Shown: positions 44,149-55,124 of the stretch, piece after piece | Position numbering within the stretch: the stretch's first letter is position 1 | How the letters are laid out: every line of letters starts with the position of its first letter | From: an uncultured Chloroflexia bacterium | GTDB lineage: Bacteria > Chloroflexota > Limnocylindria > QHBO01 | DNA: 64,000 nt | Assembly (NCBI GenBank): GCA_963825525.1 | Contig: CAWGTN010000002.1 | Coordinates: 1,472,001-1,536,000 of the forward strand | Direction: 5' to 3' | Made by a program: the position numbers and the translations under genes | The notes under the pieces: generated by a model | Database searches by the model: none | Told to the model about the DNA's origin: nothing | Seen by the model: the letters and a program-made list of their open reading frames with translations, nothing else

Positions 44149-44576
44149 CGGCCCTCCCTGTCCAGCAGCTCTCCGACGCGGCCACGGATCAACGTGGCCG
44201 CGTCCGTCTGCGCCCCGAGCGCACGGCCCAGTCGCGAGATGGTGACATCGGCGGCCAGGCCATCGTCCACCGCGTCAACGGCCTCCGCCAGCAGTAGGCG
44301 CTGGTCCGGATTGCGCTCGTGCTCGGCAACGTGCCGCACGAGCGAGCCGATGTCCCCGAGCGTCGCAGCCAGCTCGTCGGGAGGCTCATCGAGCGACTCC
44401 TCGAAGTAGAGCATCGCCATGGCGAGCAGCTCGTGGCTGTCAGCCGGCGCCCGGACCGCCGGGTGCCCGCGCCGTCCGACGACCAGGGCGTACCCGTCAT
44501 CGAGCGTCGGGACGAAGCCCACCCATGGACCGTCGGCCCCGAAGCGCCCGACGGCGCACGCCACGCCGTCCATCAC
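44145..44576 (-). CDS. Hypothetical protein downstream of jag
   Basis: 143-aa ORF with host-like codon usage. Confidence 0.65.
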   Translation of the reverse strand: MMDGVACAVGRFGADGPWVGFVPTLDDGYALVVGRRGHPAVRAPADSHELLAMAMLYFEESLDEPPDELAATLGDIGSLVRHVAEHERNPDQRLLLAEAVDAVDDGLAADVTISRLGRALGAQTDAATLIRGRVGELLDREGR

Positions 44577-44605
44577 CCGATGACCGATCGTGCCGGGTGC
44601 CGGAC

Positions 44606-45655
44606 CTACTCCTTGACCTGGCCTGCGGGCAGCACGACGATGCGCCGATTCGGCTCGACCCCGACGCTCTGTGTACGGATGCGCGGATTCTCGAGCAGCG
44701 CCATGTGCACGACGCGGCGCTCGATGGCGGGCATGGCCTCGAGCTGGATGATCTTGCCGCTCTGGATCACGCGCTTTGCCGCACGATCGGCGACGTCACG
44801 CAGCTGCTGCTCGCGGCGACCCCGATAGTTCTCGACGTCGATGGCGATGCGGTGGTGCTGGCCCTCGCGTCGGCCGACGATGAGATTCACGATGTGCTGG
44901 AGGCTCGCGAGCTTCTCGCCGCGGCGCCCGATGAGCGCACCGAGGTCGTCGCCCTTCACGTTGAGCCGGGCCGTGTCGCCTCCACTCGCGATCTCGACCG
45001 TCCCCTTGAGCTCCATGAGCCCGAGCATCTCGGTGAGCACGGTCTTGGCGGTCTCAAGGGTCGATCGCTCTTCGTCACTGAGCTCCTCGACCGGCTTGCC
45101 GGACACGAACGGGGCCGGCTCTCGGCCCGGGCGATCGGCCCGCGGCTCGCGCGGCTCGCGCTCGGGGCGCGGCGCGCGGTCCGACGTGTCTCGATCGCGG
45201 CCGTTGCGACCGCGGCCACCGCGACCACGGCTGCCGCGGGTGCGTCGGGCGGCATCGGCACGCTCGAGCTCGGCGACCTGCTCTTCGGCATTGACCGCGG
45301 CCACCTCCAGGTCGACCGGCGCGGCCGGGGCCTCAGGCTCCGTCACCTCGGTTGCGGCGGGCGCTTCCGCGTCCGCCTCGGCTTCCGCCTCCACGGCGCG
45401 CGGCGCACGGGAAGGGCGCTCGGCCTGGGCGGTCGGGGCGGCCGGGGGCGCTTCGGCCTTCACCGAATCGGCCGCGGCAACCGCGGACTTCGGTGCCGCC
45501 AGGATGCGTGCCTCCTCGGCGCCGACTCCCAGGACGCCTCGGCTGCCCTGGGCCAGGATCTCGATGTCGAGCTCGCCGAGGTCGGAGCTGAACTCCGCCA
45601 TGGCACTTCGGATCGCCTCTTCAACGTTCTTGCCGGTGAATTCTCGGAATGTCAT
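44606..45655 (-). CDS. jag: RNA-binding protein Jag/EloR/KhpB
   Basis: FTGKNVEEAI (Jag-N), LIGRRGEKLASLQ (KH), ERRVVHMAL (R3H). Confidence 0.93.
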   Translation of the reverse strand: MTFREFTGKNVEEAIRSAMAEFSSDLGELDIEILAQGSRGVLGVGAEEARILAAPKSAVAAADSVKAEAPPAAPTAQAERPSRAPRAVEAEAEADAEAPAATEVTEPEAPAAPVDLEVAAVNAEEQVAELERADAARRTRGSRGRGGRGRNGRDRDTSDRAPRPEREPREPRADRPGREPAPFVSGKPVEELSDEERSTLETAKTVLTEMLGLMELKGTVEIASGGDTARLNVKGDDLGALIGRRGEKLASLQHIVNLIVGRREGQHHRIAIDVENYRGRREQQLRDVADRAAKRVIQSGKIIQLEAMPAIERRVVHMALLENPRIRTQSVGVEPNRRIVVLPAGQVKE

Positions 45656-46791
45656 CGCTTTCGGCCTCGTCGCTTGGCGCTGCCCTTTGCCCGATTCGCG
45701 GGTCGCGGCTTGGAGCCGCGGTCAGCGCTGGGAGAAGGGGCGCGAGATGGGGTGGGCGGAGCTGCCTCGGCGGACTCGGCGTCGGACTCGATGCGTTTCG
45801 GACGCGGCACGCTGGCCACCTCCGGCGTCGGCGCCCACGAGGGCTGCCAGCCGAAGAGTGGGAAGAGGTTGCCCCAACCCATGATCAGGAACTGCTGGAC
45901 CACGAGATACGCGGTGTACACGATCCAGTACAGGATCAGGCCGCTCGGGAAGATCCCGCCCCAGATGATGGTGAGCAACGGGAACGTGTAGATCATCGTG
46001 CTCGTCATGCTGGAGGTCGGGTCGTCCTTGTTCGGCCGCGGGCTCGTCATCTTGACCTGCACGAACTGCAGGATCGCGGCGATGACGGCCAGGAGAGAGA
46101 GCGCGAACCCGCCGAAGAGCGGGAGCGCGAAGACGGTGTCGATCTGGGCCAGGTCGAGCCCCAGCAGCCAGCCGACGGACGTGTTGACGTGGTCATTGAG
46201 CTTGACCGGGTCGATGAGCTGGCAGTTCAGCGGCAGGAACTGCGGCAGTTGGCTGTACTCGGGCAGGTTGCAGGCACCGTCGAACGCCACGCGGTAGTGG
46301 TCGGCCTTGCCCGCCACCTGCTCCACGACGTTGGCCGCCTGGAGTGTCTCGAACGCGGTCCGATTGCCATCGTTGACGGTGAAGCCCTGGATGACCCCCG
46401 ACGCCCGAATGAGCGCCTGGTAGAGGGCGAACAGGATCGGCAGCTGGAGCACCACCGGCAGGCAGCCGGCGGCAGGGTTCACGCCGTGCTCCTTGTAGAG
46501 CGCCATCGTCTCCTCGGAGACCTTCTGCCGGTTGCCCTTGTGCTTGCGCTGAACCTCCCGGATCAGCGGCTGCATCCGCTGCATCTCCTTCTGCGAGCGG
46601 ATCTGTCGCACGAAGAGCGGGGCGAGGATGGTGCGGATGATGATCGTGAAGACGATGATCGCCAGCGCGAAGTCGAAGAACGGGATCTTGAACAGGAAGA
46701 CGAGCAGGTTGAAGAGCGGGAGGAAGAAGACGTCCCAGGGTGGCGTGAAGTGCTCGATGCCCAGGAAGCCCGCGCCGATGATCGGGGTCAA
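45652..46791 (-). CDS. yidC: Membrane protein insertase YidC
   Basis: AIIVFTIIIR, MQRMQP, LYKEHGVNPAAGCLP..LQLPI, GLILYW. Confidence 0.95.
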   Translation of the reverse strand: MTPIIGAGFLGIEHFTPPWDVFFLPLFNLLVFLFKIPFFDFALAIIVFTIIIRTILAPLFVRQIRSQKEMQRMQPLIREVQRKHKGNRQKVSEETMALYKEHGVNPAAGCLPVVLQLPILFALYQALIRASGVIQGFTVNDGNRTAFETLQAANVVEQVAGKADHYRVAFDGACNLPEYSQLPQFLPLNCQLIDPVKLNDHVNTSVGWLLGLDLAQIDTVFALPLFGGFALSLLAVIAAILQFVQVKMTSPRPNKDDPTSSMTSTMIYTFPLLTIIWGGIFPSGLILYWIVYTAYLVVQQFLIMGWGNLFPLFGWQPSWAPTPEVASVPRPKRIESDAESAEAAPPTPSRAPSPSADRGSKPRPANRAKGSAKRRGRKR

Positions 46792-46806
46792 ATCGCTCTC
46801 TCTCGT

Positions 46807-47013
46807 CTAGCTGACCGGGTCATAGCCGCCCGGATGGAACGGATTGCAGCGGCCGATGCGCTTGGCGCCCATCCAGCTGCCGCGCAGCAGGCCGTGGCGC
46901 TCGATGGCCTGGTACGTGTAGTGCGAACAGGTCGGGGAGTATCGGCAGCTCGGCGGCATCCATGCCGTCAGCTTCTGGTAGGCCGTGATGAGTCCGAGCC
47001 CGATTATCTTCAT
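46807..47013 (-). CDS. yidD: Membrane protein insertion efficiency factor
   Basis: [10 protein letters not shown]...[16 protein letters not shown]. Confidence 0.95.
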   Translation of the reverse strand: MKIIGLGLITAYQKLTAWMPPSCRYSPTCSHYTYQAIERHGLLRGSWMGAKRIGRCNPFHPGGYDPVS

Positions 47014-47330
47014 CCGCCGATCTCCGATCGGGCCAGCAGCGCGTCGATCGCCTCTGCCAGCTCTGCATGGCTGGCGTCACCCGCGGCTGGCCGCGCGATC
47101 AGGAGGATGTCCCATCCAGGACCGATCCGTCCGATCCGCTCACGGAGCAGGCTCCGCAGGCGACGTCTCACTCGATTTCGTTCGACCGCACCCCCGAGCG
47201 TGCGGGGTGTCGACAGTCCGATCCGCGTGTCCGCTCGTGCGGTCCTCATCCAGCGCAGGACGAGGATCGGCGTCGACCGGGCTGTCCCGTGACGTCCGAT
47301 GGCGTCGAAGTCCGCGCGGCGCCGAAGCAT
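47010..47330 (-). CDS. rnpA: Ribonuclease P protein component
   Basis: [24 protein letters not shown] (RNR motif). Confidence 0.92.
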   Translation of the reverse strand: MLRRRADFDAIGRHGTARSTPILVLRWMRTARADTRIGLSTPRTLGGAVERNRVRRRLRSLLRERIGRIGPGWDILLIARPAAGDASHAELAEAIDALLARSEIGG

Positions 47331-47368
47331 CGGCAGCACAGGCACGGTCTCGGCGAGCCGCTCGGGCG

Positions 47369-47503
47369 TCAGACGGTCAGTCGCTTGCGCCCCTTGGCCC
47401 GACGACGAGCCAGCACGCGGCGGCCGCCCTTCGTGGCCATGCGGGCCATGAAGCCGTGCTCGCGCTTCCGCGAGCGCTTCTTGGGCTGATACGTCCTCTT
47501 CAT
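47369..47503 (-). CDS. rpmH: 50S ribosomal protein L34 (absent from ORF track)
   Basis: [44 protein letters not shown]. Confidence 0.97.
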   Translation of the reverse strand: MKRTYQPKKRSRKREHGFMARMATKGGRRVLARRRAKGRKRLTV

Positions 47504-47618
47504 GAGCGCGTGCCGTTTCCTCGTTCAATTTCGCGATCCGGACCATCAAACACACGAAGGGCTGGCGTTTCGCCAGCCTGCACACGAACACGGATGGCCC
47601 GTCTCGCTCTGGATCGCG

Positions 47619-47745
47619 ATTCTACCGACGCACCCGATTCGGGTCAAACTCCATTCCTCGTGATGGGCCTCCGGCGGGCCGCGGAAGCGGGATTTGACCA
47701 GGTTGGTCTCATCCATTGCCCCGCCGATTCGGGCGCTGCTATAGT
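47619..47745. promoter_or_regulatory. Divergent rpmH and dnaA promoters
   Basis: Minus: TTGACC (47647-42), 17 bp, TAGAAT (47624-19). Plus: TTGCCC (47716-21), 18 bp, TGnTATAGT (hexamer 47740-45). Confidence 0.7.
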
Positions 47746-47854
47746 GGCGCGACCCCCGGCCCGGACCGCCCGAAATGACGTCCGATCTCGGCTCGGAGGC
47801 GGACTCATCAGCCCAGGCGGAACCCCCGCAGATCGGTTCGGAGCACATCGTTTG

Positions 47855-49198
47855 ATGGATGCCAATCAGGTATGGCGCGCCGCCCTCGGCGAGCTTCAGG
47901 TCTCTCTCTCCCCGGCCAATTTCGAGACCTGGCTGAAGGACACGGAGCTCGTCGAGATCGACGAGAACCGATACCGCATCTCGGCACCGAACGGGTTCGC
48001 CCGCGACTGGCTCGACAACCGATACCGGCCCCTGATCAGCCAGACCCTGGCACGCGTGGTGGGTGGCTCGGTGCAGCTGGAGTTCGTGGTCGCCGATGCG
48101 TCCGGCCCCCTTCCGGAGCAGGTCGACGAAGAGGCCCGGGTGCAGATGCCGCCGCTCAGCGCGGGCGGCAATGCCATCAACCTCAACGCTCGGTACACGT
48201 TCAACAACTTCATCGTTGGCTCCGCCAACCGACTGGCCCACGCGGCGGCGCTGTCGGTCGCCGAGCGCCCCGGACATGCCTATAACCCGCTCTTCCTGTA
48301 CGGAGGAGTCGGGCTCGGCAAGACGCACCTCATGCATGCCATCGGCAATGCCGTGGCCGGCAAGTTCCCGAGGAAGCGCATCCTCTACGCGACGAGCGAG
48401 AAGTTCACGAATGACTTCATCAACTCGATCCGCGAACAGAAGATGGAGGACTTCCGCAACCGGTATCGGCGCATCGACGTGCTCCTCATCGACGACATCC
48501 AGTTCATCGCCGAGCGCGAGCGGACCCAGGAGGAGTTCTTCCACACCTTCAACGCGATTCACGAAGCCGGCAAGCAGGTCGTCCTCAGCTCGGACCGGCC
48601 GCCGAAGGCGATCACGACCCTCGAGGAGCGGCTCCGCAGCCGGTTCGAATGGGGACTCATCGCCGATCTGACCCCACCGGACCTCGAGACCCGGATCGCC
48701 ATCCTTCGCTCGAAGGCGGAGGACCAGCTCCACCTCATCCCGTCCGAGGTGATCGACTTCATCGCCCGCAAGGTCGTCAGCAACGTGCGCGAGCTCGAGG
48801 GCGCCCTCAACCGGGTCGTCGCCTACGCCAGCATGAGCGGCATGCCGGTGAACATCGAGCTTGCCAGCGCGGTCCTCAGCAACGTCATGTACAACCCGCG
48901 CAAGCGATCGATCACGCCACAGCGGATCGTGCGCGCCGTGGCGGACTACTACGGGGTCAACCTCGATCAGCTGCGCAGCAGCAAGCGCGACCGCGCGATC
49001 GTGGTCCCGCGCCAGATCGCGATGTTCCTGATTCGCGAAGAGACCGATATCAGCCTGCTCCGGATCGGTGCCGAGCTCGGCGGCCGAGACCACTCGACGG
49101 TCCTGCACGCCTACGACAAGATCGCTCGCGAGCTCCAGGAGAACGATGAGATGCGCCGAGAGATCAGCGCAGTCCGGGAGATGATCTACTCCGAGTGA
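47855..49198 (+). CDS. dnaA: Chromosomal replication initiator DnaA
   Basis: [52 protein letters not shown]. Confidence 0.98.
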   Translation: MDANQVWRAALGELQVSLSPANFETWLKDTELVEIDENRYRISAPNGFARDWLDNRYRPLISQTLARVVGGSVQLEFVVADASGPLPEQVDEEARVQMPPLSAGGNAINLNARYTFNNFIVGSANRLAHAAALSVAERPGHAYNPLFLYGGVGLGKTHLMHAIGNAVAGKFPRKRILYATSEKFTNDFINSIREQKMEDFRNRYRRIDVLLIDDIQFIAERERTQEEFFHTFNAIHEAGKQVVLSSDRPPKAITTLEERLRSRFEWGLIADLTPPDLETRIAILRSKAEDQLHLIPSEVIDFIARKVVSNVRELEGALNRVVAYASMSGMPVNIELASAVLSNVMYNPRKRSITPQRIVRAVADYYGVNLDQLRSSKRDRAIVVPRQIAMFLIREETDISLLRIGAELGGRDHSTVLHAYDKIARELQENDEMRREISAVREMIYSE

Positions 49199-49589
49199 GA
49201 GCTCGTGCTGGATCCCTACCGAATCCGGCGCATTCTGGCACCACGGCGCACCTTTTCGTGGATAAGTGCCCTGTTCTCGTGGATATCTCGGGGTCGATGT
49301 GGACAAGCGGCCACGGCATCGGCTTCGGGGGGTACCCTCCGTCCACCGACATTGCCCGATCATCCGCCGTCCATGCGCGGCCGACCCGGGCGATATCGAC
49401 ACCCGACAGCAAGGTTTTCCGCAGGGCTCGCCACGCTCGGACGAGCACCGCACCAGGGGCCTCGTCCACACCGTCCACACCCCTACGGGGGACGGCGGCG
49501 TATGAGTATCCTTCCCTTGGAACCATAGAACGTGAATCAGCACAACGTGGACAACATGGACGATCCACGGTCCTTCAGATGAGGTCGGC
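49199..49589. other. Replication origin oriC (dnaA-dnaN intergenic)
   Basis: DnaA-box-like 9-mers CGTGGATAA (49257), CGTGGATAT (49278), TGTGGACAA (49298), TCGTCCACA (49462), CCGTCCACA (49471), CGTGGACAA (~49546); AT-richer patch 49500-49545. Confidence 0.85.
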
Positions 49590-50720
49590 ATGAACATCTC
49601 GGTGATGCAGGAGAACCTGGCGCGCGGACTTGCCACGGTGAGTCGAGCGGTCAGCAGCCGCGCAACCCTGCCCGTCCTGGCCAACGTGCTGCTGAAGACG
49701 GAGAACGCCGGCCTCAAGCTGACCGCCACCAACCTCGAGATCGGGATCAACTGCTGGGTTCCCGGCAAGGTCACCGAGGAGGGCGAGATCACGGTGCCGG
49801 CCAAGCTGCTCACCGACCTCGTCGCATCATTGCCGAACCAGCGCATCGACCTCGTCCTGTCGCCGAAGGATCGGACCCTGAAGCTGACCTCCGGCAACAA
49901 CCGCTCGAGCATCAAGGGCATCGAGGCCGATGAGTTCCCGGTCGTGGCCGCCATCGGCGACACGCCGGCCACGAGCGTTGACGCGCGCGTGCTGCGCGAG
50001 GCCCTGGGCGAGGTGGTCTTCGCCGCGGCATCGGACGAGAGCCGCCCGATCCTGACCGGCGTCCTGACCCGCCTCAACGGCGACAAGATGACCCTGGCGG
50101 CGGCCGACAACTATCGCATCGCGGTTCGAACGCTGACGCTCGCCACGCCGGTCAGTCCCGAGGTCGTGATCGTCGTTCCGGGCCGCTCGTACGCCGAGCT
50201 GATGCGGATCCTGCCCGACACCGAGACGCCCATCGAGATCACCGTCACTCCGAACAAGAGCCAGGTGCTCTTCCACGTCGAGGGCATCGACCTGGTGAGC
50301 CGGCTGATCGAGGGACAGTTCCCGAACTACGAACCGGTCATCCCGGCGTCGCACAGCTCCCGCGCCGTCATCGATCGGGAAGCGTTCCTGTCCGGCACGC
50401 GCCGCGCGAGCATCTTCGCGCGCGACAGTGCGAACATCGTGAAGATCGAGATCGGCGGCGATGATGCCGATGGCACGGGCGTCGCCATCACCGCCCATGC
50501 CGCCGACGTCGGCGACAACGCCGATACCGTCGAGGCGACGATCGAGGGCTCTCCCACCGCCATCGCCTTCAACGCGCGGTATCTCATCGACGTGCTGAGC
50601 AACCTGGGATCGGAGGAGGCAGTGCTCGAGCTCTCCGGTCCGCTGGCGCCCGGCGTCATCCGGGGCATCGGCAAGGACGACTACGTCCACGTCATCATGC
50701 CGGTCCGGACCGCGTCGTAG
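49590..50720 (+). CDS. dnaN: DNA polymerase III beta clamp
   Basis: LPVLANVLL, ATNLEIGI, ESRPILTGV, SRLIEGQFPNY, IAFNARYL, VIMPVR. Confidence 0.97.
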   Translation: MNISVMQENLARGLATVSRAVSSRATLPVLANVLLKTENAGLKLTATNLEIGINCWVPGKVTEEGEITVPAKLLTDLVASLPNQRIDLVLSPKDRTLKLTSGNNRSSIKGIEADEFPVVAAIGDTPATSVDARVLREALGEVVFAAASDESRPILTGVLTRLNGDKMTLAAADNYRIAVRTLTLATPVSPEVVIVVPGRSYAELMRILPDTETPIEITVTPNKSQVLFHVEGIDLVSRLIEGQFPNYEPVIPASHSSRAVIDREAFLSGTRRASIFARDSANIVKIEIGGDDADGTGVAITAHAADVGDNADTVEATIEGSPTAIAFNARYLIDVLSNLGSEEAVLELSGPLAPGVIRGIGKDDYVHVIMPVRTAS

Positions 50721-50766
50721 GTCGCTCATGGCACTGCGCGCCGCGCCGCGCGTCACGGCTGCCGGG

Positions 50767-51937
50767 ATGGACCTGACCCGTCTGGCGCTCGAGGACTTTC
50801 GGAGCTACGCGGCGGCCGAGCTCCATCCGGATCCCGGCCTCACCGTCGTCGCCGGGCCGAATGGCATCGGCAAGACGAACCTGCTCGAGGCCATCCACGC
50901 GACGATCGTGGGTCGGTCACACCGAGCCGTGGTCGAGGTCGACCTGGTCCGCCACGGCGCGCCGTTCGCCCGCGTCCACCTGGACCTGGCCGGCGGCACC
51001 GGCAGCGGCGGCTCCTCGGTCGAGCTCATCCTGCCCGGAGCCGACGCCGGACCGGGGATTCGCAAGCGACTCACGATCAACGGCGTGCCGCGGCGGACCT
51101 CGGCGCTGTCCGACGTGGCGCGCGTCGTCCTGTTCCGGCCGGAGGAGATGCTCCTCCTGGTCGGCGCCCCATCCGATCGGCGCCGGTTCCTGGATGGGAT
51201 CCTGGCCCAACGCGATCGACGGGCGGCCCGCGACCTGGTCGAGGTCGCGCGGGTCGTCACGCAGCGCAACGCATTGCTGCGCGCCATCCGGGCCGAGGAG
51301 GCGTCGATCGAGACGCTCGGGTTCTGGGACGAGCAGCTGGCGCTGCTCGGCGCGCGGGTGATGCGGGCGCGGCTGGAGGTCCTGCAGCGAGCTCAACGAC
51401 CGGATCGGCACCCTGCACGACTCGGTGGCCAGCGATCCCGAGCGCGGCGCGACGGTGAGCCTGACCTACCTGGACGGATTGAAGGATGCCTGGCCGGAGC
51501 GCGGCGACCACGCGGGGCGCGCCCCGTCCGACGAAGAGCTGAGCGCCGCGTACCGCAGGCGCATCGCCGATGTCCGCCAGAAGGAGGCCTGGAACGGCGT
51601 GAGCCTGGTCGGCCCGCAGCGGGACGACCTTCGGGCCGAGCTCGGCGGACGCGACGTCGCGACCCACGCCAGCCGCGGTCAGCAGCGCACGATCATCCTC
51701 GCCATGAAGCTGGCCGAGACCGACCTCCTCGGGGTCGACGGTCCGCGGCCCATCGTTCTGCTCGACGACGTGTTCAGTGAGCTGGACCCGGATCGATCCG
51801 CCCGCCTCTCCGACCTGATCGCCGGCCGCGGGCAGGTGATCGTCACCACGGCCGACCCCGGCACGCTCGACGCGGCCAGGGGCCGCAGCGCGGCGATCTG
51901 GCGCATCACGGCCGGGCAACTGGAGCGGGAGCCATGA
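50767..51937 (+). CDS. recF: DNA replication/repair protein RecF (apparent frameshift ~51385)
   Basis: FRSY, GPNGIGKTNLLEAI, RRRFLD, QRNALL; second frame VGPQRDDL, SRGQQR, LLDDVFSELD. Confidence 0.93.
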
Positions 51938-52284
51938 GCGGGCGCGATGCGGCCGGCGCGGCCGTCCAGCGGGCCCTCATGGCATGTATGGGTCCCGGCG
52001 CCGCCGACCAGCTGGCGCTGGCCCAGGTCCGGCTCGCATGGGCCGAGGTGATGGCGGAGGCCCGCCTCGAGCGGGGACCGCTGACCAGCCGCATTCGCCG
52101 CGTGACGGGTGGAACCGCACACGTCGAGGCGTCCGAATCGATGCTCGCGCAGGAGCTCACCATGCGTGCCGAGGCCCTGGTGTGGGCCGTGAACGAGCGG
52201 ATGCGCGGCCGGCCGGGGGCGACCATCGGCTTGATCGGTCTGGCCGTATCGGTTGGTCGAGCGGAGGATGCCCGGTCCCTATAA
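51934..52284 (+). CDS. dciA: DciA/DUF721-like protein
   Basis: Position right after recF; AWAEVM...HVEASESMLAQEL...LVWAVNE pattern. Confidence 0.6.
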   Translation: MSGRDAAGAAVQRALMACMGPGAADQLALAQVRLAWAEVMAEARLERGPLTSRIRRVTGGTAHVEASESMLAQELTMRAEALVWAVNERMRGRPGATIGLIGLAVSVGRAEDARSL

Positions 52285-52322
52285 TCGGCCGCGATACGCC
52301 TTCTCCGAGCACCCGGGCCGCC

Positions 52323-54543
52323 ATGAGCAACCGCTTCGCAACCAGGATCGGACTTCCGTCCGCCGAAGAGCGACCGGCGGACGCGTTCGATGTCGTCACG
52401 TTCCACGAGCCCGCCGTCGGTGCCCTGGCGCGCACCAAGGGGAGCCTCTACCTGCTCGCCCAGCTCACCGGAGGCAGCGCCAACCTGGCCCGGGCGGCGC
52501 GCGAGGCACTCGAGAGCATCGAGCGTGACTACTACTACGACCTGTCGGCCGGCGTCACGATCTCGCTCTCTCGCGCGCTGGGCGGCGCGAACCGTCGCCT
52601 CTACCACGCTCGCAAGCGGCTCGGCATTCCGCGCAGGTCAGCGGTCAGCGTGGTGGCGATCGTCATTCGCGGACACGAGGCGCACGCGGCGAAGCTCGGC
52701 CCGGCCAGCGCGGTGATCGTGCGCGACGGGCGCATGTACGAAGTGCCGCCACCGCCTCCCGCCACGGAGGAGGATCCCCGCGTTCGGCAGCGCAGGATCG
52801 CCGCCAGCCTGGGGGAGGCTCTCGAGGTGGAACCGTACGTCTGGCAGGGGGCGCTCGCCGTCGGCGACCGGATCGGCCTCGTCAGCCGTCACCTTGCGCA
52901 CCTGGTCGGGGTCGAGGAGCTCAAGGGCGCGCTGTCATCGATGCCGCCCGGCCGGGCCGTGGCGCACCTCCAGCAGGTCTTCGGGATCCGGGGTGGATCC
53001 GGCTCGGACGGGCTGCTCGTCGTCGAGGTCACCGAGCTGTCCTCCACCGCAACCAGCCACCACCTCGAGCCGGTGAAGCCGGCCGAGCCCTTCGCCGGGC
53101 TGCCCGACCAGAGCCCGGTGCCGCTGGCCGATGCGATCGGGCGCGGCCTGCACCGCGCCGGCAACGCCGCCGAGGCGACCCGGGCCGCCCTGGGCCGCGG
53201 CGTCCTGACCCTGATCAGCTGGATCCTGGCCTTCGTGCCGCGGCGTCGTGCGGCGTATCCCACCAGCATCCCGCGCACGGCGGAGCGCGAGCAGGGGCGC
53301 CGTCGCCGCGTCGGGCTTGTAGCGATGGCGGGATTGGCGGGCATCCTGGCGGCCGGCGCCACGGTCGCCGCATTCCCGGCCGTGCGTCCGACCGAGGCCA
53401 TCCCGCGAGCCACCGTGGCACGAGCATCGATCCGGGAGGCCGTCGAGCTGCTCGTCGCGGTCGAGGAGCGCATCGACGGTGCCGATCTGGTGGACCGCAA
53501 CCCGGAGCGCGCCGTCGAGCTGCTGGCGGACGCGCATGCTGCGGTGACGCGCGCGGCCACGGCCGGAGTCGCCGAGGGGGACCTGGCCACGCTGTCGGGA
53601 CGCATCGAGCGACGGCTTGACGCGCTGTACGGCGTGACCCGCATCGCCGAGACGGACCTCGTCATCGATCTCGGTTCGGCCCTCGAGGACGTGGACCCGA
53701 GCGACATGGTGGCCGCGAGTGACGGCTCGCTGTGGATCATGGACGCGGGTCGCGGCCGCATCATCCGCGCCGATCCGGCGGATGGCTCGCTCACCATCGT
53801 GTCGCGGGCCGGCCAAGCACTGGAGTCAGGCGAGATCCCGGGAGACCCGTGGCTCATGGCCACGGCGGCCACCGATGTGGTGGTCATCGACCGTCAGCGA
53901 ACCGCATGGCGCATCGATCTGGAAGAGCGCATCCCGCGCCCGATGCCGTTGGCCGGCGTCGAGGAGCTCAGCCCCCGAACGACGCTGATCGGGGCGCTCC
54001 AGCATCGGCCTCCGCTCGAGATCTTCAACCTCTACGTGGTCGACGGCGCGACCGGCGAGATCGACCGATGGACGCCGCCGGCCGTCATCCCGGTCACGTA
54101 TCCGGATCCCGCCGTCCCGTTCCTGACCGGCGAGCCCGACCTCGACCCGCGCGATGCTCGCGACCTGCGGGTCGACATCAACGCGTGGCTCCTCCACGCG
54201 TCGACCGTGACGCGCGTCGACTTCGGCTCACCCCGCGACCAGGCCGAGTACTCGCTGGATCCACCGCCCGATGCGGCGATTCGGCCGGAGCTCGACTACC
54301 GGCTGCTCGACGGCGCGACCGTGGGCGACCGCGACTTCCTCTACGTGTACGACGCCGCCAACTCGCGGCTCATCGCCTTCCAGCGAGCGGACGGCGCCTT
54401 CGTCCGGCAGTGGATGGCGTCCGCCACCGGGACGGCAGACCTGTCGGTCGTTCGCGGGCTGTCCGTCTCCTCGGTGAGCTGACGGTCCGCCGGTCGCGTT
54501 CCTCCTCACCCCCGACGGCGTGGTCCGACTCGTCCTCGATTGA
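52323..54543 (+). CDS. Membrane protein: degenerate PP2C-like N-terminal domain + TM + extracytoplasmic beta-propeller-like domain (apparent frameshift ~54477)
   Basis: KGSLYLLAQ, ALGGANRRLY, AVIVRDGRMY, ASLG, GDRIGLVS; TM; C-terminal LWIMDAGRGRII and LYVYDAANSRLIAF repeats. Confidence 0.7.
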
Positions 54544-54563
54544 CCGGCGCTAGAATCGGGACC

Positions 54564-55112
54564 ATGGCGGAGCAGCCATTCGGCCGGGTTCGGCTCATTG
54601 AAATGGTCGTCGAGAGCGTGCGCGTGCACATGCTCTCGAGCCAGCACGTCGTGATCCTGAAGCAGTCCGAGCGTGATCGCTACCTGCCGATCTGGATCGG
54701 CCCGTCTGAGGCGAACGCCATTGCCATGCGGCTCCAGGGCCTGTCGGCAGAGCGGCCACTGACCCACGACCTCATGGTCAGCGTGCTCGCATCGCTGGGG
54801 GCGAGCATCAGCCGCGTCGTCGTCACCCACGTGACCGACGGGACGTTCCATGCTCGGCTCTACCTCGAGAACGCCAGCGGCGACGAGAGCGAGGTCGATT
54901 CGCGCACCTCAGACGCCATCGCCGTGGCGGTGCGGACCGGCTCGCCGATCTACGTCGATGAGCGGGTGCTCGATGAGGCCGGCGTCGAACCGGACGCGAG
55001 TGACGATGACACCCCGGACGAGGAGCAGCTCGCCGTGTTCCGCGACTTCGTGAACTCGCTGGACGTGGACATGGAGTCCGGCGAGAAGGGCCCGCCGACC
55101 GAGGAGAGCTGA
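54564..55112 (+). CDS. Bifunctional nuclease family protein (DUF151)
   Basis: RYLPIWIGPSEA, RPLTHDL, FHARL, DSRTSDAIAVA. Confidence 0.9.
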   Translation: MAEQPFGRVRLIEMVVESVRVHMLSSQHVVILKQSERDRYLPIWIGPSEANAIAMRLQGLSAERPLTHDLMVSVLASLGASISRVVVTHVTDGTFHARLYLENASGDESEVDSRTSDAIAVAVRTGSPIYVDERVLDEAGVEPDASDDDTPDEEQLAVFRDFVNSLDVDMESGEKGPPTEES

Positions 55113-55124
55113 GCCGGGCTGCCG

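Noticed and set aside
46985-47854. 290-aa N-terminal extension of DnaA in the ORF track (similarly for parA, secA, prs, tfoX and the PMT fusion)
   Set aside because: These are upstream in-frame starts running over other genes or promoters; homology starts at the downstream codons given in the features.
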